Made by a program: the position numbers and the translations under genes. The notes below the pieces were generated by a model. The model saw only the letters and a program-made list of their open reading frames with translations. It did not search any database and had not been told where the DNA came from. Shown piece after piece: positions 25,901-40,199 of a stretch of 64,000 nucleotides of DNA (position 1 is the first letter of the stretch; each line of letters opens with the position of its first letter). Source of the DNA: Eledone cirrhosa (taxonomy: Eukaryota); assembly GCA_964016885.1 (NCBI GenBank), contig OZ024741.1, positions 168,330,001-168,394,000 on the forward strand, given 5' to 3'.

Positions 25901-27333
25901 ATATCATGCTAAAGTTCTATTTTTCTTGTTAGTTTACTTTCTCCATTAATTTAATTCTTTTTAGCAATTCAACAAATATTCTGCCCCATCGATCTCATTC
26001 CCACTTTTCTCTTCTCCTCACCCCTCCCATTTCTCATCTCTTTATACCTTTCTCTTCCGCTCTCCATTCAATATGTGTGTGTGTATATATATATATATAT
26101 ATAATATATATAATATATATACATATATATGTATATATATATGTATATATATATATATATATACACCATTTTGGTGAAGGGCAGAAGATGGTGTAGGACA
26201 GAACAAAGGAGAGACACAAAGTAAAAATGGAGTCACTGATGAACTTGTGACAAAAGAGCTTTGACAATATATAAACAACCATCTGGTTATTAAATCAACT
26301 AGCCAACTGGAAATTTATAATAAATTGAAGTGAAAACCAACAGGCACATGTGTTTTTATTGGCAGCATGACCCTCCCAAAATATAACAATATATATATAT
26401 AAATATATATAAGTATAAATTCAGCGACAATCGCATTTTGGCAGGTAGAAAAGGCGAAACGAAACGCAAATATCAGAATTATGCTGGCAAGCGCTCCATA
26501 GTTAAAAAACCAGAGCTAAACAATGTTAAAATGCCATACAAAACTGAAAAAGTGGTCAAGAAAGCATCAACTACCTAAGCCAAAAAGCAAATCAAGCTAA
26601 ACAGGTCAAATAAAATAAATGATAAAAAAAATGATAAAAAAAAATGATTAAAAAAATGATTAAAAAAAATGATAAAAAAAAAATATATATATACACATAT
26701 ACATATATATATATATATATGCATACATACACACACGCACATACATACACATGTCACATGATCAAGAACTCTGGCATAATGAAATAATGCAGAACACCTG
26801 CCTTTCTAGCTGCACGGGTTGAAGTATACATCTAGTTTGCACCATTTACCGCTCTTCCCCTTTCATTCACTTACCACGTACTTACACCAAACTTCACCAA
26901 TTTAAGTATCCCACACTAGACCTACCTTTCAAATCCCACGCTACATACATGCACCTCCCTCACCCCAGCCCCCAACCCACATTCTAAAGTCGTCATTTGG
27001 TGACATGATAAAAAGCACCCAGTCTACAATGTAAATATGGCTGGCATTAGGAATGAGATCTAGTCATAGGAACTAAACGAGAAACAGTTTTGTATGAGCA
27101 AGACATGGTTGTCTGGTTTGACTTGTCTCACAATGGGACAACTCGTCTAACCCATGCTAGTGAGGAAAAATTGAGTGTTAATCAGTGATGATGATGATGA
27201 TGACATATATATAATACATGTGGTTGCTAACTGGTTGCAAGATCATGGAAGTAAGATCTTGTAAAAAGGTCTCACTGAAATTGACATAAACATGCTATTC
27301 AGAAAAGCTTGGAATGCCTTGGATAAGCTGACT

Positions 27334-27370
<37 letters not shown>

Positions 27371-27599
27371 GAGTCATACATATTTACATAAGTTTCAATA
27401 ATTTCTAATTGTTCAGTATATAAAAAATGCATCAGTCTGAATAAATAAAAAACATTTTCAAATGTAATCAGATTTATTTTTGTTATTCTCTACAACAAAT
27501 ATGCATTTGAGAAAATATTGAAATATTATATTCTCTTAGTTGTTATTAATATAATACTATTACATACCCACAGATATACATATAACTAGTTCACACACA

Positions 27600-27916
27600 T
27601 ATGTGCATGGATGAGCTAAGAGAAAATCTGTATATAAGAGGAATCAGATGTAGTGTGCAAGAGAGAAGATTGCACTAGATGGACATGTGATGTGTATAGA
27701 TGATGACTGTTGGGTGAATATGTAGCAAGAAATCTCAGTGGAATAAAGCTGTGGCAGAGGAAGACCTGAATAGAGATGTTGAGAGCTGCTCCCAGTTTAC
27801 TGTACCTCACCAAGGAGATGTGAAGGGAAAGCAATTAGTGGAGGGAAACTGTGCTTGGAAAAATGTGTCCAACCCATGTGAGCACAGAAAAGCAGACGTA
27901 AAATGATGATGATGAT
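27600..27916 (+). mobile_element. Degenerate RTE 3' fragment
   Basis: GAATCAGATGTAGTGTGCAAGAGAGAAGATTGCAC..GGACATGTGATG; (GAT)n tail. Confidence 0.7.
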
Positions 27917-29106
27917 ATATACATATATAAACATATCTAAGTCTAAAGTCTGTCTTAAGCCTGAACGCTCATTAAGCTGGTGCTTATCCCGGTTTCATGG
28001 CGTGAAGTGACTGAGAGTACAAGACTCCCCACTGGACAGGACACCAGTTCATCGCAGGGTTAAACCCCCAGCTGTTGCTCATACTCATTTTCAGCTGAGT
28101 ATACTGGAGCAATGTGAAATAGTGTTTTGCTCAAGAATACAAAACGCAAAGCAGGAATTGAACCCACAACATTATGATCGTTAGTCCAACACCCTTACCA
28201 CTAGGCCACATGCCTCCACTATATAAACATATATACATATATAAAAACATGCATAGCTATGTTGTTAACGATTTTGCTTCCTGTTGTATGGCACCTTTGG
28301 CATGTTATCTGCTATAGGCTTTCATTGACCAATGCCTTGTGAGTGGATTCGGTAGATGGAAACTGCAGAAGCAGGTCATGTGTGTGTGCTCTGTCCTTGT
28401 CTATGCTTATGTTAGTGACTATGCCTGTGTTTATGAGTTGTCCATGTGAAGGGGACTAATGACTTATATTTTGTTTTAAGCTGCATGAAGGCGAGCAATT
28501 TGAAATAAAGTGTCTTTTTCAAGGATATAATAGTCTGCTCTAACCTCTAGAATGTGCTTCTTCACACAGAGTTATGATCCCCTTTTTAAAAGAAAGCAAA
28601 GGGAGCATGATGATGATGATGATGGGCTTGGCTCTTCTCTGAATATATTGCATCTGAGTGTTGGTGACATTTTTAGACTGGTACATTCATATTAGCCAAT
28701 TAGCCAATCAGCTTCATGAAGACATTTATTTGGCCACACTCTACCCAAATTGAAATACTTCTGATTATCATCAATGACAACTGTATTATCTAACTAATAA
28801 AAATGGTGTTTATTGTTGGTAATTGTTATTCCATCTACTGTATTGTCTGTGAAGGTGCATGACTTAGTGGTTAGAGTTTTCATCTTACGATTGTAAGGTC
28901 ATAAATTCAATTCCTAGTGATGTGTTGTATCCTTGTGAACGATACTTTATTTCACATAGATCCAGCAAACAAATTGGAAAAAAAATGAGTTGTACCTCTA
29001 ATTTAAAAACCAGACTTGTCACACAGTGTGTCATGCTGAATTTTGGTGAGAACTACATTATGGATACACCAGTCTATGGAATACTCAACCACTTACATTA
29101 TAATTG

Positions 29107-29290
29107 TTTTTACTTTTGGCACAAGGCCAGCAATTACCCCAGTGCATTACTGGTGCTTTATTTTATCAACCCCGTAAGGATGAAAGGCAAAGATACCCTT
29201 GGCGGGATTTGAACTCAGAACACAAAGGGCCATAATTCTATGCTGCAAAGCATGGTGCCTGATGCCTATCAATACTGCCAATCCACACTG
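29107..29290 (-). mobile_element. Second SINE family copy
   Basis: Reverse complement of the 14300-14470 unit. Confidence 0.75.
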
Positions 29291-29779
29291 TTCCTGTAAT
29301 TCAAAGAGCCAGCCTCATAAAACATGCCATGCTGGATCGCCTGTTATTAGTATGCATGTTTGTGGTTTGCTCAGCCACTTGCAGATTAATTTCACAAGCT
29401 GGTTATTCCATCGGTCAATTAACTGGAATAATTGTTATTAGAGTCAATAGAAATTTAACACACATATAAATGCACATATTAAGTTGTCGGTCATTTTACT
29501 GAAGGTACCAAAATCCATTCAACAAAGTCTTCCAAATCAAAGAGGGATAAAAATCTAAACAAACCACAGTCATCATCGTCTCCACCCCATTACCGCTCCA
29601 TCACCACCCTCATAACCATGTTGGTTTAGCTAGCTCCTTATGAGGTTGCATCTCATAGTAGGTTTCCCTGGTGTTTTAATTAACGATAGAAGCCTCAGTC
29701 ATATATTATTGTTGTGTCAGCTCACACCTTTGTAGGTTTAGTTGTGAAGGCAAAGTTGATCTCAGTTAAATATGAACTC

Positions 29780-30271
29780 ATTGATGGAACCTACAGAGTG
29801 GGTAGACCAAGAAAAACACGGGACGAGGTGATAAAAGCTGACCTTACTCATTTACACCTCTCTAAGACAATGTCAGTGGATTGAGATCTTTGGCACTATG
29901 CAGTTATACAGAAGACCCACCTTCCCTTGCATACAAACTTAAATCTACAGCCAGTAGGCACCACTTAACCCAATATACCCCCCCCCCACACACACACTCC
30001 ATCCTCCCATTTCTGTCCACTGTAAAGTGGTCGTGTAGGTGACATGACAAAAAGCACCCAGTCCACACTGTAAAGTGGTTGTGTAGGAGACACGGTAAAA
30101 AGGTTCCCAGTCCACACTGTAAATGTGATTGGTGTTAGGAAGGGCATCCAGCCATAGAAAACCTGCCAGAAACAGTTCTGTATGAGCGAGACATGGTCAC
30201 CCGACCAATCTCGCCTCAAGTGGACAAAACCGTCCAACCCATGCTAGCTAGGCAGATGATGATGATGATGA
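29780..30271 (+). mobile_element. RTE 3' end
   Basis: VGRPRKTRDEVIKADL C-terminus, tandem UTR units, (GAT)n tail. Confidence 0.85.
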
Positions 30272-33200
30272 ATGTAAAGGACTAGAATAATTACATTAAA
30301 GAATTTTCCTCAACACTCTGATTCCTCTGCTAATCTACCGCAAATTATTATAGAAGTAAAATGAAATATTTTTCATCCAAGATACAGCATTGCATACATA
30401 GTCCACATACTCTTGTCAATCACTTTACATTCTTCAGCACTAAGTACTATTATAGAGTAATGAATGGTTTGATAGCTGATCATTAGCTTAAAAACATAAA
30501 TTAAATTCCCGGTGGGAAGACATGGATTGATTTTCTTTCTATTCGTTACTTGATTTGACAGTAATTTTATTTACATTCAGTGTAATCCCCTTTTCATATC
30601 CCAGCAGGAAATATTTCCTGTATATCTGGAGTGCTCATGAGACACATATTTAGATAAAACTATAAACTTTGGCTACTTTGCAAATGCGTTCATAACAAAA
30701 GCAATGTCCTTCATGTAAAAACTAATTGATTTGTTTCGCATAACTGAAGCTACATCATCTAGTGATTTGTATGTTTAACTTATGATAATTAGGTTTGTGT
30801 GTTGAATTCCTGGACTGGGCAGTGGTGCATTATGATGTATAACTATATGGAAGTATGTTAGATTGATTGTACTCATTGTTGATGTGATGGACCTAATCTG
30901 TCTCCCAGTTTAACATCATTACCACTACAATAACAACATATAAACCGCAGCCCCCACTACTAACACCACAACCAACAATAACACTACCACCAACGCCACC
31001 ACCAACACTATTTTATATATCTGCATCCTTCCTCATGGTTGAGATGATGATCAATAGTATGTCTACCCATGAAGTCTACACAATAGTAGTAATGGTAATG
31101 AGCAACAAGCTTCTTTTCAATGCTTTAGGTGTCTATGAGGACAATTTGAGCTCATTTTTCTAAAACTGTTCATTGTCTATAGGATGTCAACCTGTGTTTT
31201 TTGCTTTATTTGATAGGTCTGGAGGAAGGAGCAATGCCCATGGTCTTCACAAGCCCTATGCAAAAATGGAGAAATTGACCTATTTATACTCTGTTTAAAT
31301 TGTTGCTGGTCCACTCCTTTGGGAAAGAAATGAGCTGTAAGGGACTTTCAGATGGCCTATGTTCTGGGCAGGAAGGACTGAGCATAATGATTAGTGCAGG
31401 GTTTTGAAGGATAAACACAGTATAGGTGGTGAGATGAGGAAAATGCATGTGTTGGGATGCCTGATTGCATTAAGTACCAGAAGTATGCTGGTGATAATTT
31501 AACTCTTTCAATATCAAATTGTCTGAAACTGTACCTAATTCTATGAAATAAGACTATTTGTTTTAAAGTGTTAATATTTATGTATATGCTTTCCATCATA
31601 CATTTATGTCAAAACTTTTGTTAGTTATGTTCCAAATACCAGCTTAATTTTGATTCTCTTCAAAATTATTTTAAAAATCATAGGCATTAAGCATTTATTT
31701 AAAAACCTTCTACTATAATTTTATGTAAGAACCTTTGTTAAATTATGTTCTACACATCAGCTAAATAATGATAAAGTTAGTTATATTACTAAATCTCTTT
31801 AAATTCTTGATTTTTTTCCGAAATTATTTGAAAAACAAGCAATCTTTCATTAGAAATATGGCAGCAATGACAGGGTTAATAGGTCATAACTCTATAAATT
31901 TGTTTGACTTGCAATAAAAGTAGAAATATTTGTCATCCGGGACACCATATCGAATGAGTTTCTAAACTTCTATAACAACACATTGACACATTTAATAATC
32001 TCAAATGAAAGCTTGATATTAATTAGACTTTACATACAAAGGTATAAACACTGATGGTAACATAGTTATTAAGAAAATTATACCTTTCGTTCACAGTTAC
32101 TGAATTAATAAGATGTTAGACACAGATTGATGACTGCAATAGCAATGATGCAGTTAGTAGCACTTTTACAATTACTAGACCAGCTGTTACTTTTAGTTTT
32201 TATGAAGGTAGAACAATGTTATCAGGTCACACCATATATTTATCAAATATTGGATGTAGAATTAACAAAACAGAAATACTTTGATCTTATCGATCTAACA
32301 GTTTGCTTTGAATGATAAAACAATAAAATCCGACTTGCATATTTATTACATTAAATACTAAATGTAATGATAAATTATATCTTGAAGAGAAATGCGGAGT
32401 TGACATAACAAGTTTTCATTATAAGTGTTAGTCCCATGAGAAGACGCTATTAATTTTCATGAAATCAGTTCCCAGTAAATGCATCAATCGACATATAACT
32501 AAGGGGGATATTATTAAAAGCTAGTATGGCTTTACAAAATGTTTGCTCTGTTGTTGAACATTGGTAAACACAGGTGTGGGCAGTGTACAGAAACGTCAAA
32601 GAGAGTCATATCTTTAATTCCTTTTACTAACACAGCAAAATGGTAATTTATTCTATTTGGCAAAGATTATGTTGATAAGAGGCATGTGGCTTAGTGGTTA
32701 GGATGTTTTGCTCATAATAATATGACTGTGGACTCAATTCTTGTACTGGGCAGAGCATCATGCTCTGGAATAAAATACTTTATTTCACGTTATTTCTTTG
32801 CCAGGAGTTGTCACTGGTAGATACTCTCAGGGTAAGCATGCCCTTACTGCATGACACATTGAAAGAGGCATGGTTCTTGCTGTGTAATACATTGGGACAA
32901 GCATAGCTTTTACTACATGGTACATTAGGAGCAGGCTTGGCTCTTACTGCATAGTACATGGTAACAGTGGCCAGTACCCTATGAGTCGAATTTGTATGTG
33001 TGTATGTATGTGTGTGTGTGTGTGTGTGTGCATATGTCTGTGTCTTGATAGACTACTACCAGTTAACAAAAGACTGGTCTTAATTACAAATTTTGACTTA
33101 GCAAATTATTAAAAAATATACTACAATGAAATAAATAAAAATAAAAGAAGATGAACATTACATCAGCCCAAGGTAATTATGTTTCCATTGGTCTTTCCAT

Positions 33201-36200
33201 TACTGATATTATTTGCCAGTTGTAATTACTGGCAGAACCATAACTACTTTTCTGGTGACAGTAGGTGGAAATTAAACCCGGGGCATGTAAATCCAGAAAA
33301 TATACCACAAAGCATCCTGTTTAGCTGTTTAAACTATTCCATCAATCCACTGTACCTGCTAAATTACAGTACAAAACTGTCACAGTTGAAGAAGAAATCT
33401 CCTTAGACAGAGTTGATTAGAAGTAACTCACAACAATACTTTAAAACATTTACTTCTGGTAAATGTACAGCTTATATAATAAAACAATGACCCTATATTG
33501 ATGGTAAAAATGAAAATAAAAATGTATGGCTGTGTGATTAAGGAGTTTGCTTCATAATCACATTATTCTGAGTTCAGTGTCATGGTGCAACACCTGGGCC
33601 TAGTGCCTTCTACTAAAGTCTCAGGTTGACCAATACCTTGTCAGTGAAATTTGGTAGATAGAAACTGAACATGCCTATTGTATGTATGTACATACACACA
33701 TATATGTATGTATGCATGTATATATGAGTGTGTGTGTGTGTGTGTGTGTGCCATTTGACAAAAAAGATTGATAAAATAAGCTACAGACTGTAATAAATAG
33801 GTACTGGGGCTGATATAATAGTTTAAATCAAGCCAATGCCCCAACAAGGTTGAAGTCTAATTACTGAAAAAATAGAAAAAATAAAAGAAGAGAAAAGCCT
33901 TGTATTTCCACAAAAACATTAATGACATCTACCTTTAACAAAGAATTGAGGTAGCCTAGGAATTTCTAATAACATAGGCTTTACCTATCATTCATTGAAG
34001 CTCATCACACAAACATCAATGAGCCCTGAACTTCTGATGAAGCTATCATAATATAAAGACTCACAGAGCCCATCTCCCTTTATTCTGAACACTGCTGATT
34101 CCTTTTAGAGAGCAAAAAAAAAGAAAGAAAGAAAGAGGGAGAGAGAGAATCTGTGTCAGTATTTGACTGGTACTTTACTTATCAACCTCAAAAAGAGGAA
34201 AAGCAAAGTTGGTCTTAGTAGGTTTTGAATTCAGAGAGCTGATAGCTGAAACAAACATCACAAAGCATTCTATCTGACATATTAATAGACCCACTTTTTA
34301 ACCTTCACCACATATACACACTATGAAATATTGATTTTTGTTTGCTGTTTTTTCTTTTATTAAACCCCACGACCCTATATTTTATGAGTGTGGGGGTTGT
34401 TCACACCATTTTTAAATATGCATTAGCAGTAAAAGTGAAATTAATTTGCATCAAACGAGAATTGAAACTGTAACTTAGTTTCAAATTGTCAAGAGCTTGC
34501 ACCTGGCACTAAAATGTTTGTGAAGTATCCAAATAGAATTTTACTAAATTTTTTTATGGTTGTTGTTGTTGTTATTGGTATTGGTATTGTTTTGTTCCAT
34601 CAAATTAGTGAATGAAAAATATTTTCTAATTTCAGAAAATCATCCATTATTATTTTCGCTTTTTTTTTTATATGTTTATTTGCTTGCAATATTTTATCGC
34701 TCACCAGGGAGGTTCTTGGACAATTTGAAAGCAACTTCTCTTCTCATGCCTAAAACACATCTACAGGGATATAGGCATGTGAATACTGAGATTAGCAATA
34801 ATGACGACAGTTGATGTGATAAATCATATAATGCAGCATTGATGCGGCTGATGTTCATTGTTGCAAATGTTTCTTAATAGGACAAAAAAAAAGTAAAGTT
34901 AAAACTTTGATATATTTTCACAAAACATTAGACTTTTCTTTTTTTTTTTTTTTTTATTTCAAGAAAGTATGTATCGATATCTGTGTGTATGGTGGGATCT
35001 TAACTCATGGTGAAGTTGTTGTAAGGGTACTGTAGTGATATACAGCATGTCTTGGGAATTTAAACCTAACAGAGCCCATCTCTCTCCAGATCTGATCACA
35101 GCAAATTTCTTGCAGAGAAATAGAGAGAAAGAATGGGAGAGAGAGAGAGGTAAGAGAGAGAGAAAGAGAAATAGAGATAGAAGTGAGACAGAGGTATAGA
35201 GGAAGAATCAACCCCAGTACTGGACTCATATTTTATTTATTAACTATTAAAGGATGAAAAGCAAAGTTGCCCCTAGTGGGATTTGAACTCAGAGAGCACT
35301 GAGCACAGGAACCAAATATAGTTAAACAGTCTTTCCAATGTTCTAATGACTCTGCCACTTTGCCACTTTGTACATAATTGAATGAAAGAAAGTAATTACG
35401 TCTTTTATCGTTCCCAGATGAATCAAAAGAAGATTAGACATGCAATCATAGGAGCTCATAAAACAGAGCAATGGAATTGAATACTGCAAGGAATAATTCA
35501 AATTTTCTATCCCATCTTGTTAACATCATAAACATCACTTGAGGTAGTAGATTGACAGTCATTAGAGGATCCGATAGATTCCCTTGTGTTGTTTCTTTAG
35601 GATCCCTCTGCTAGGAGTTCAAATTCCATCAAAGAGAATTTCACCTTTCATTCTTAGTCTCATTATTCCATTGAATCTTTCTCTTATTTTTATCATGTAT
35701 CAGAGTCCAAATTTGAGGTTATACAAAGTAGATATTTTTTACTTAAACGTCAACACCCTCTATAGTATATTTGCTGTTCTCACCCCCTGCTCTCTTTCTC
35801 TCTCCCTCTCTCTCACCTTTCCTTTCTTTCTGAATTACAGCTGTCAATCAAAGGGTCAACCAAATATTCTGTTCACCTTAATTCAACCTGAGAATTATAT
35901 TGAGTTCACAAGTGTCTGTGGAATATTCAGCCACATGCCATTTAATTTAATATTGAGGAATTCAGCTGGTTCAAGAACTGAATATTCATGATTGAGACCA
36001 ATGGAGAATTCACGAATACATTGTAGGGTTTAGTCTCAATATAAAAATGAGGGTGTGTGGCCTAGTGGTTATGGTGTTTGATTCATAAGGTCACGAGTTC
36101 AATTTCTGGCAGAGCATTATCACCTTTAGCAAGACTCTTTATTTCATGGTGTTCCAGTCCACTCTGCAGCAAAAGTAAGTTGTACCTGTAATACAAAGAG

Positions 36201-36254
36201 TCAACCTTGTTGCACATTGTGTTATGCTGAATCTTCCGGAGAATTACATTAAAC

Positions 36255-37658
36255 CATGAGACTCCTGTATGCAGATGATCAAACACTTATAGCTGAAGCT
36301 ATAGTAGAATTAGAGAAGAAATTCCAAATGTGGAAGCATGGCCTAGAATCAAAGGGTTTTAAAGCCAACCTGACAAAGACTAAGGCCCTAGTATGTAGAA
36401 TGGAAAACAGGGCCCTCCTTGCTTATTATGCAGGAAAGGCATAGGTAGAAATTCCATCCTCTGTTCTAAATGCAAACTATGGGTACACAAGAGATGTAGT
36501 GGGATCTCAGATAGGTTAGCTAAGAATGTAGGTTTTAAATGTGGCCATTTCACAGGGGTAGTAGGCAGCAAATGCCCACAGGAAACAAGCTCAATAATTC
36601 TTGGAGAGTTCCGTAGAAGCAGTAGACAGCTTCTGCTAACTGGGTGACCAAATCAGAGATGGGTGTTCCAAAAGTACAGTAACCAGAATGAGAACAGGAG
36701 AAAAAAAATTCAAAGCTACTACCACAGCTAGTTACTAGTTTTTCCAACAAAATGAAGGGCAGATTGTATAATGTATTTATACAAACAGCAACATTGCATA
36801 TTAGTGAGGCCTGGGTGCTGTTTGCACAGAACCTGCAAAGATTGTAAAATACAATGAAGCTTGCATACTTCAATTAATGTGTCATAGAAAGATACATGAA
36901 CTAAGAGAGAAACGGCATTAGAGGGATCAGATGGAGTGTGCAGGAGAGGAGATTGTGTTGGTATGGACATGTGATGCACATGAAAGATGACAGCTGTATA
37001 AAAATGTGCTGAGCAGTCAATATTGATGGAAGCTATGGAGTAGGAAGACCTAGGAAGTCTTAGGATGAAATGATAAAAGCTGACCTTGCACAATTGCACC
37101 TCACAAACACAGTGAAATGGGACCAAGACCTCTGGCATTATGCACGAGTTAAAGCATACATCTAGTATGCACCTTTGCCTCAGATATCCTAACACCCCAC
37201 CCACACCATAATACCACAACCCACGCCTTAACACCCCTCACCCATGTCTCGAGATCAACTTCCTAATCTCCATGCACCTCCCCCATCCAACACTGTAAAG
37301 TGGTTGTTTTGGTGCCATGACAAAATGCATTTAACCCACACTGTAGAGTTGTCATGTAAGTGTCACAACAAAAGGCTCTCCCAGCCCACACTGTAAGGTG
37401 GTTGTCCTGGTTACACAACAAAAAGTGTCCAACTAACAAACACTAACAAGTGATGTGTAGGTGTCATAACAAAAAGCACCCAGTGAACACTGTAAATGTG
37501 GTTGGCATTAGGAGGGGCATCCAGCTGTAGGAACCAAGTCAGAATCGATTCTGTATGAACAAGACATGGCCACCTGATCCAAATTGTCCCACAATGGGAC
37601 AACTCGTCTAACCCATGCTAGTATGGAAAAATGGACATTAAACAGTGATGATGGTGAT
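36255..37658 (+). mobile_element. Degenerate 5'-truncated RTE LINE
   Basis: LLYADDQTLIAEAIVELEKKFQMWK; colinear with the 51186-52480 element. Confidence 0.85.
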
Positions 37659-37855
37659 ATATATATACATACACATATATATACATACATACATATATAC
37701 ATACATATATATATATATATACATATATATATAGTCTAACCCATGCTAGTGTGGAAGATAGATGTTAAACGATGATCATGATGATATATACATATATATA
37801 TATATAAATAAAATAAGAGGAGGTTGGACTGGTGTAAATCCTTGAAAGCTTTATT

Positions 37856-37913
37856 ATACTATGATCATTTCAATGACTGGGTTCCATATGAATCCGGTGA
37901 TATCATCAGGTAT
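37856..37913 (-). ncRNA. Hammerhead ribozyme, family B
   Basis: Reverse complement reads ATAC-CTGATGA-TATCACCGGATTC atatg GAACCCAGTCATT-GAAA-TGATCAT-A-GTAT; palindromic stem III ATGATCAT. Confidence 0.8.
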
Positions 37914-39557
37914 TGGAATATAACAAAGGAATATGTAAAAAACCATGGGTCTGAAAAATCAGAGACAGATACAAAGAGGACGACTGACCAACTAGCTGCC
38001 TTCACCTCGGCCAGTCGCCCTCAAAGTGATGGCAACTGAATCTACTAATGACCATTTGGTGAGGGGGCGAAGGCTTATAATGCACTACCACCTCTCCATC
38101 AAAGAAAAAGGGGAAGAAAGGAAGAAAGAAGAAAAAAGGAAGAAAGAAGTCAGCGTAAGGGTCACACTACATTCATGCTAGAAAACGCCGCGAAAAATGC
38201 TACTCCAAAGAATCTATATTTAACAAAGGCATATATAATGGGTGTCTGTATGGTTTAATGTGTGAACCAAAAATTGGAACGTTAAACTTATGTTACCAGT
38301 TATAGGATTAAATTAAATTAAAAAATATTAAATTGCAAAATGATAAATTGAAAAATAAATTATTAGAAAATTAAAGGTTAAAGTAGCGAGATTTATTTAA
38401 GGAACTTACAGAGAGAGTCTTATATGAAAAAATTATCTAAACGAATATTATTAATTCACACATGAGGGGTTTATTTACGTGCCAGTAGAAGCATGATACA
38501 GCTAATAGTCATGCCTAAACCTGGAGTTTTTAGGTATAAGTATAATACGGCGGCCAAAACAGGCGGTGCGGTGGGACTGGGGCAAAGCAATCCGCTCCAA
38601 GTAATTTTGTTTATCGAAAGAGGGGAAATTTATTTTTCCGAGCACTCAAGGAAGGCTGAACTTTCCGAGTGCCCAGCGCGCAGCCGGGAAAAGCCACCAC
38701 AAGTCGAAGGTAGCAACCCAATGAAAAGTGCAAATAGACCATAATATTTTAAAGTCCCAGTTAGTCTGGGTTATAAGTAGTGTGGTTCTTTGGTGGGTAG
38801 GGGGCTATGAAAGGTGCATAATGACCTGAGTAAGGAAAGTTACAAAAAAATAATAAAAGCAGGATACAAAGATAAAATACAAAGATAAAGAATACATTGA
38901 TAAAAATACATTAATAAATTAATAAAAAAATTAATAAAAGTAAATAACTAGGGATGTAGAAAGACGGAAGTATATAAGAACGTATCGGAGGAATCACAGT
39001 GTAGGGGAAATACAATATAGATCAAGTTGTAGTAAGATAATACAGGTTGAACATATAGATATAGATATAGAGGATGGAAGAGATGGAATGGAACAGGTGG
39101 TACCTAGTGTAAAGTTCGGGTCTCTGAATTCAGTGTGAGTCACAAAAAAGTCCTGAGGTATAGAGTAGAGAATTCAGTCAATACAATACATGTTTTAGTA
39201 TAATATGTAGAGTTTTGTCGGAATCGGAATCATCCCGACAAGGAAGTAGTATCGGGTGGGTGGCAGATAAAGCACAGAGCAGCCAAAATCCGAATGGTAA
39301 GTAGATCAGTTAATCCCATGCTGGCAATAGCAGTGCCGCTGTTCAATATTACATTTGGAAGTGCTCGACATTATTGGAGCATTATTTCTTTAGGTTTGTT
39401 GGTTCACCACTGGATAGAATTGGGCATTCCGTATGGTCAATCTTGGTGTAATATTGTGGAGAGTACTCAACGTAGTGCAGTTCACCCGTCTTCATTTGTG
39501 TAGTTGGTGGTGCGATAACAGGAGGCTGGACTGGTGTAAATCCTTGAAAGCTTTATT

Positions 39558-39615
39558 ATACTATGATCATTTCAATGACCGGGTTCCATATGAATCCGGT
39601 GATATCATCAGGTAT
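39558..39615 (-). ncRNA. Hammerhead ribozyme, family B
   Basis: As 37856-37913, with ACCGG/CCGGT in stem II intact. Confidence 0.82.
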
Positions 39616-40117
39616 TGGAATATAACAAAGGAATACGTAAAAAACCATGGGTCCGAAAAATCAGAGACAGATACAAAGAGAACGACTGACCAACTAGCTG
39701 CCTTCACCTCGGCCAGTCGCCCTCAAAGTGATGGCAACTGAATCTACTAATGACCATCTGGTGAGGGGGCGAAGGCTTATAATGCACTACCACCTCTCCA
39801 TCAAAGAAAAAAGGGGAAGAAAGAAAGAAAGGAAGAAAGAAGTCAGCATAAGGCTCACACTACATTCATGCTAGAAAACGCCGCATAAAATGCTACTTCA
39901 AAGAATCTATATTTAACAAAGGCATATATAATGGGTGTCTGTATGGTCTAATGTATGAACTAAAAATTGGAACGTTAAACTTATGTTACGAGTTATAGGA
40001 TGAAATTAAATTAAATTAAAAAATATTAAATTGCAAAATGATAAATTGAAAAATAAATTATTAGAAAATTGATTTTCGGACCCATGGTTTTTTTACATAT
40101 TCCTTTGTTATATTCCA

Positions 40118-40175
40118 ATACCTGATGATATCACCGGATTCATATGGAACCCGGTCATTGAAATGATCATAGTAT
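40118..40175 (+). ncRNA. Hammerhead ribozyme, family B (inverted copy)
   Basis: ATAC-CTGATGA-TATCACCGGATTCATATGGAACCCGGTCATT-GAAA-TGATCAT-A-GTAT. Confidence 0.82.
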
Positions 40176-40199
40176 ATATATATATATATATATACATAC

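Larger units (their letters stand above)
37813..40175 (-). mobile_element. Non-autonomous retrozyme-like/PLE element, family B: two direct repeats with HHRs plus an inverted partial repeat
   Basis: 37813-38372 and 39515-40070 are direct repeats offset by 1702 nt; 40071-40175 is an inverted copy of 39558-39663; no minus-strand ORF in the track; (TA)n flanks. Confidence 0.88.

Noticed and set aside
32096-32207. AG...GT-bounded exon-like segment
   Set aside because: Stops in all three frames and no recognisable protein.
37824-39741. Duplicated plus-strand ORF DWCKSLKALLYYDHF...
   Set aside because: Antisense to the HHR-bearing repeat, non-ATG start in one copy, no recognisable domain, and not preserved in the 2.4-kb relative.
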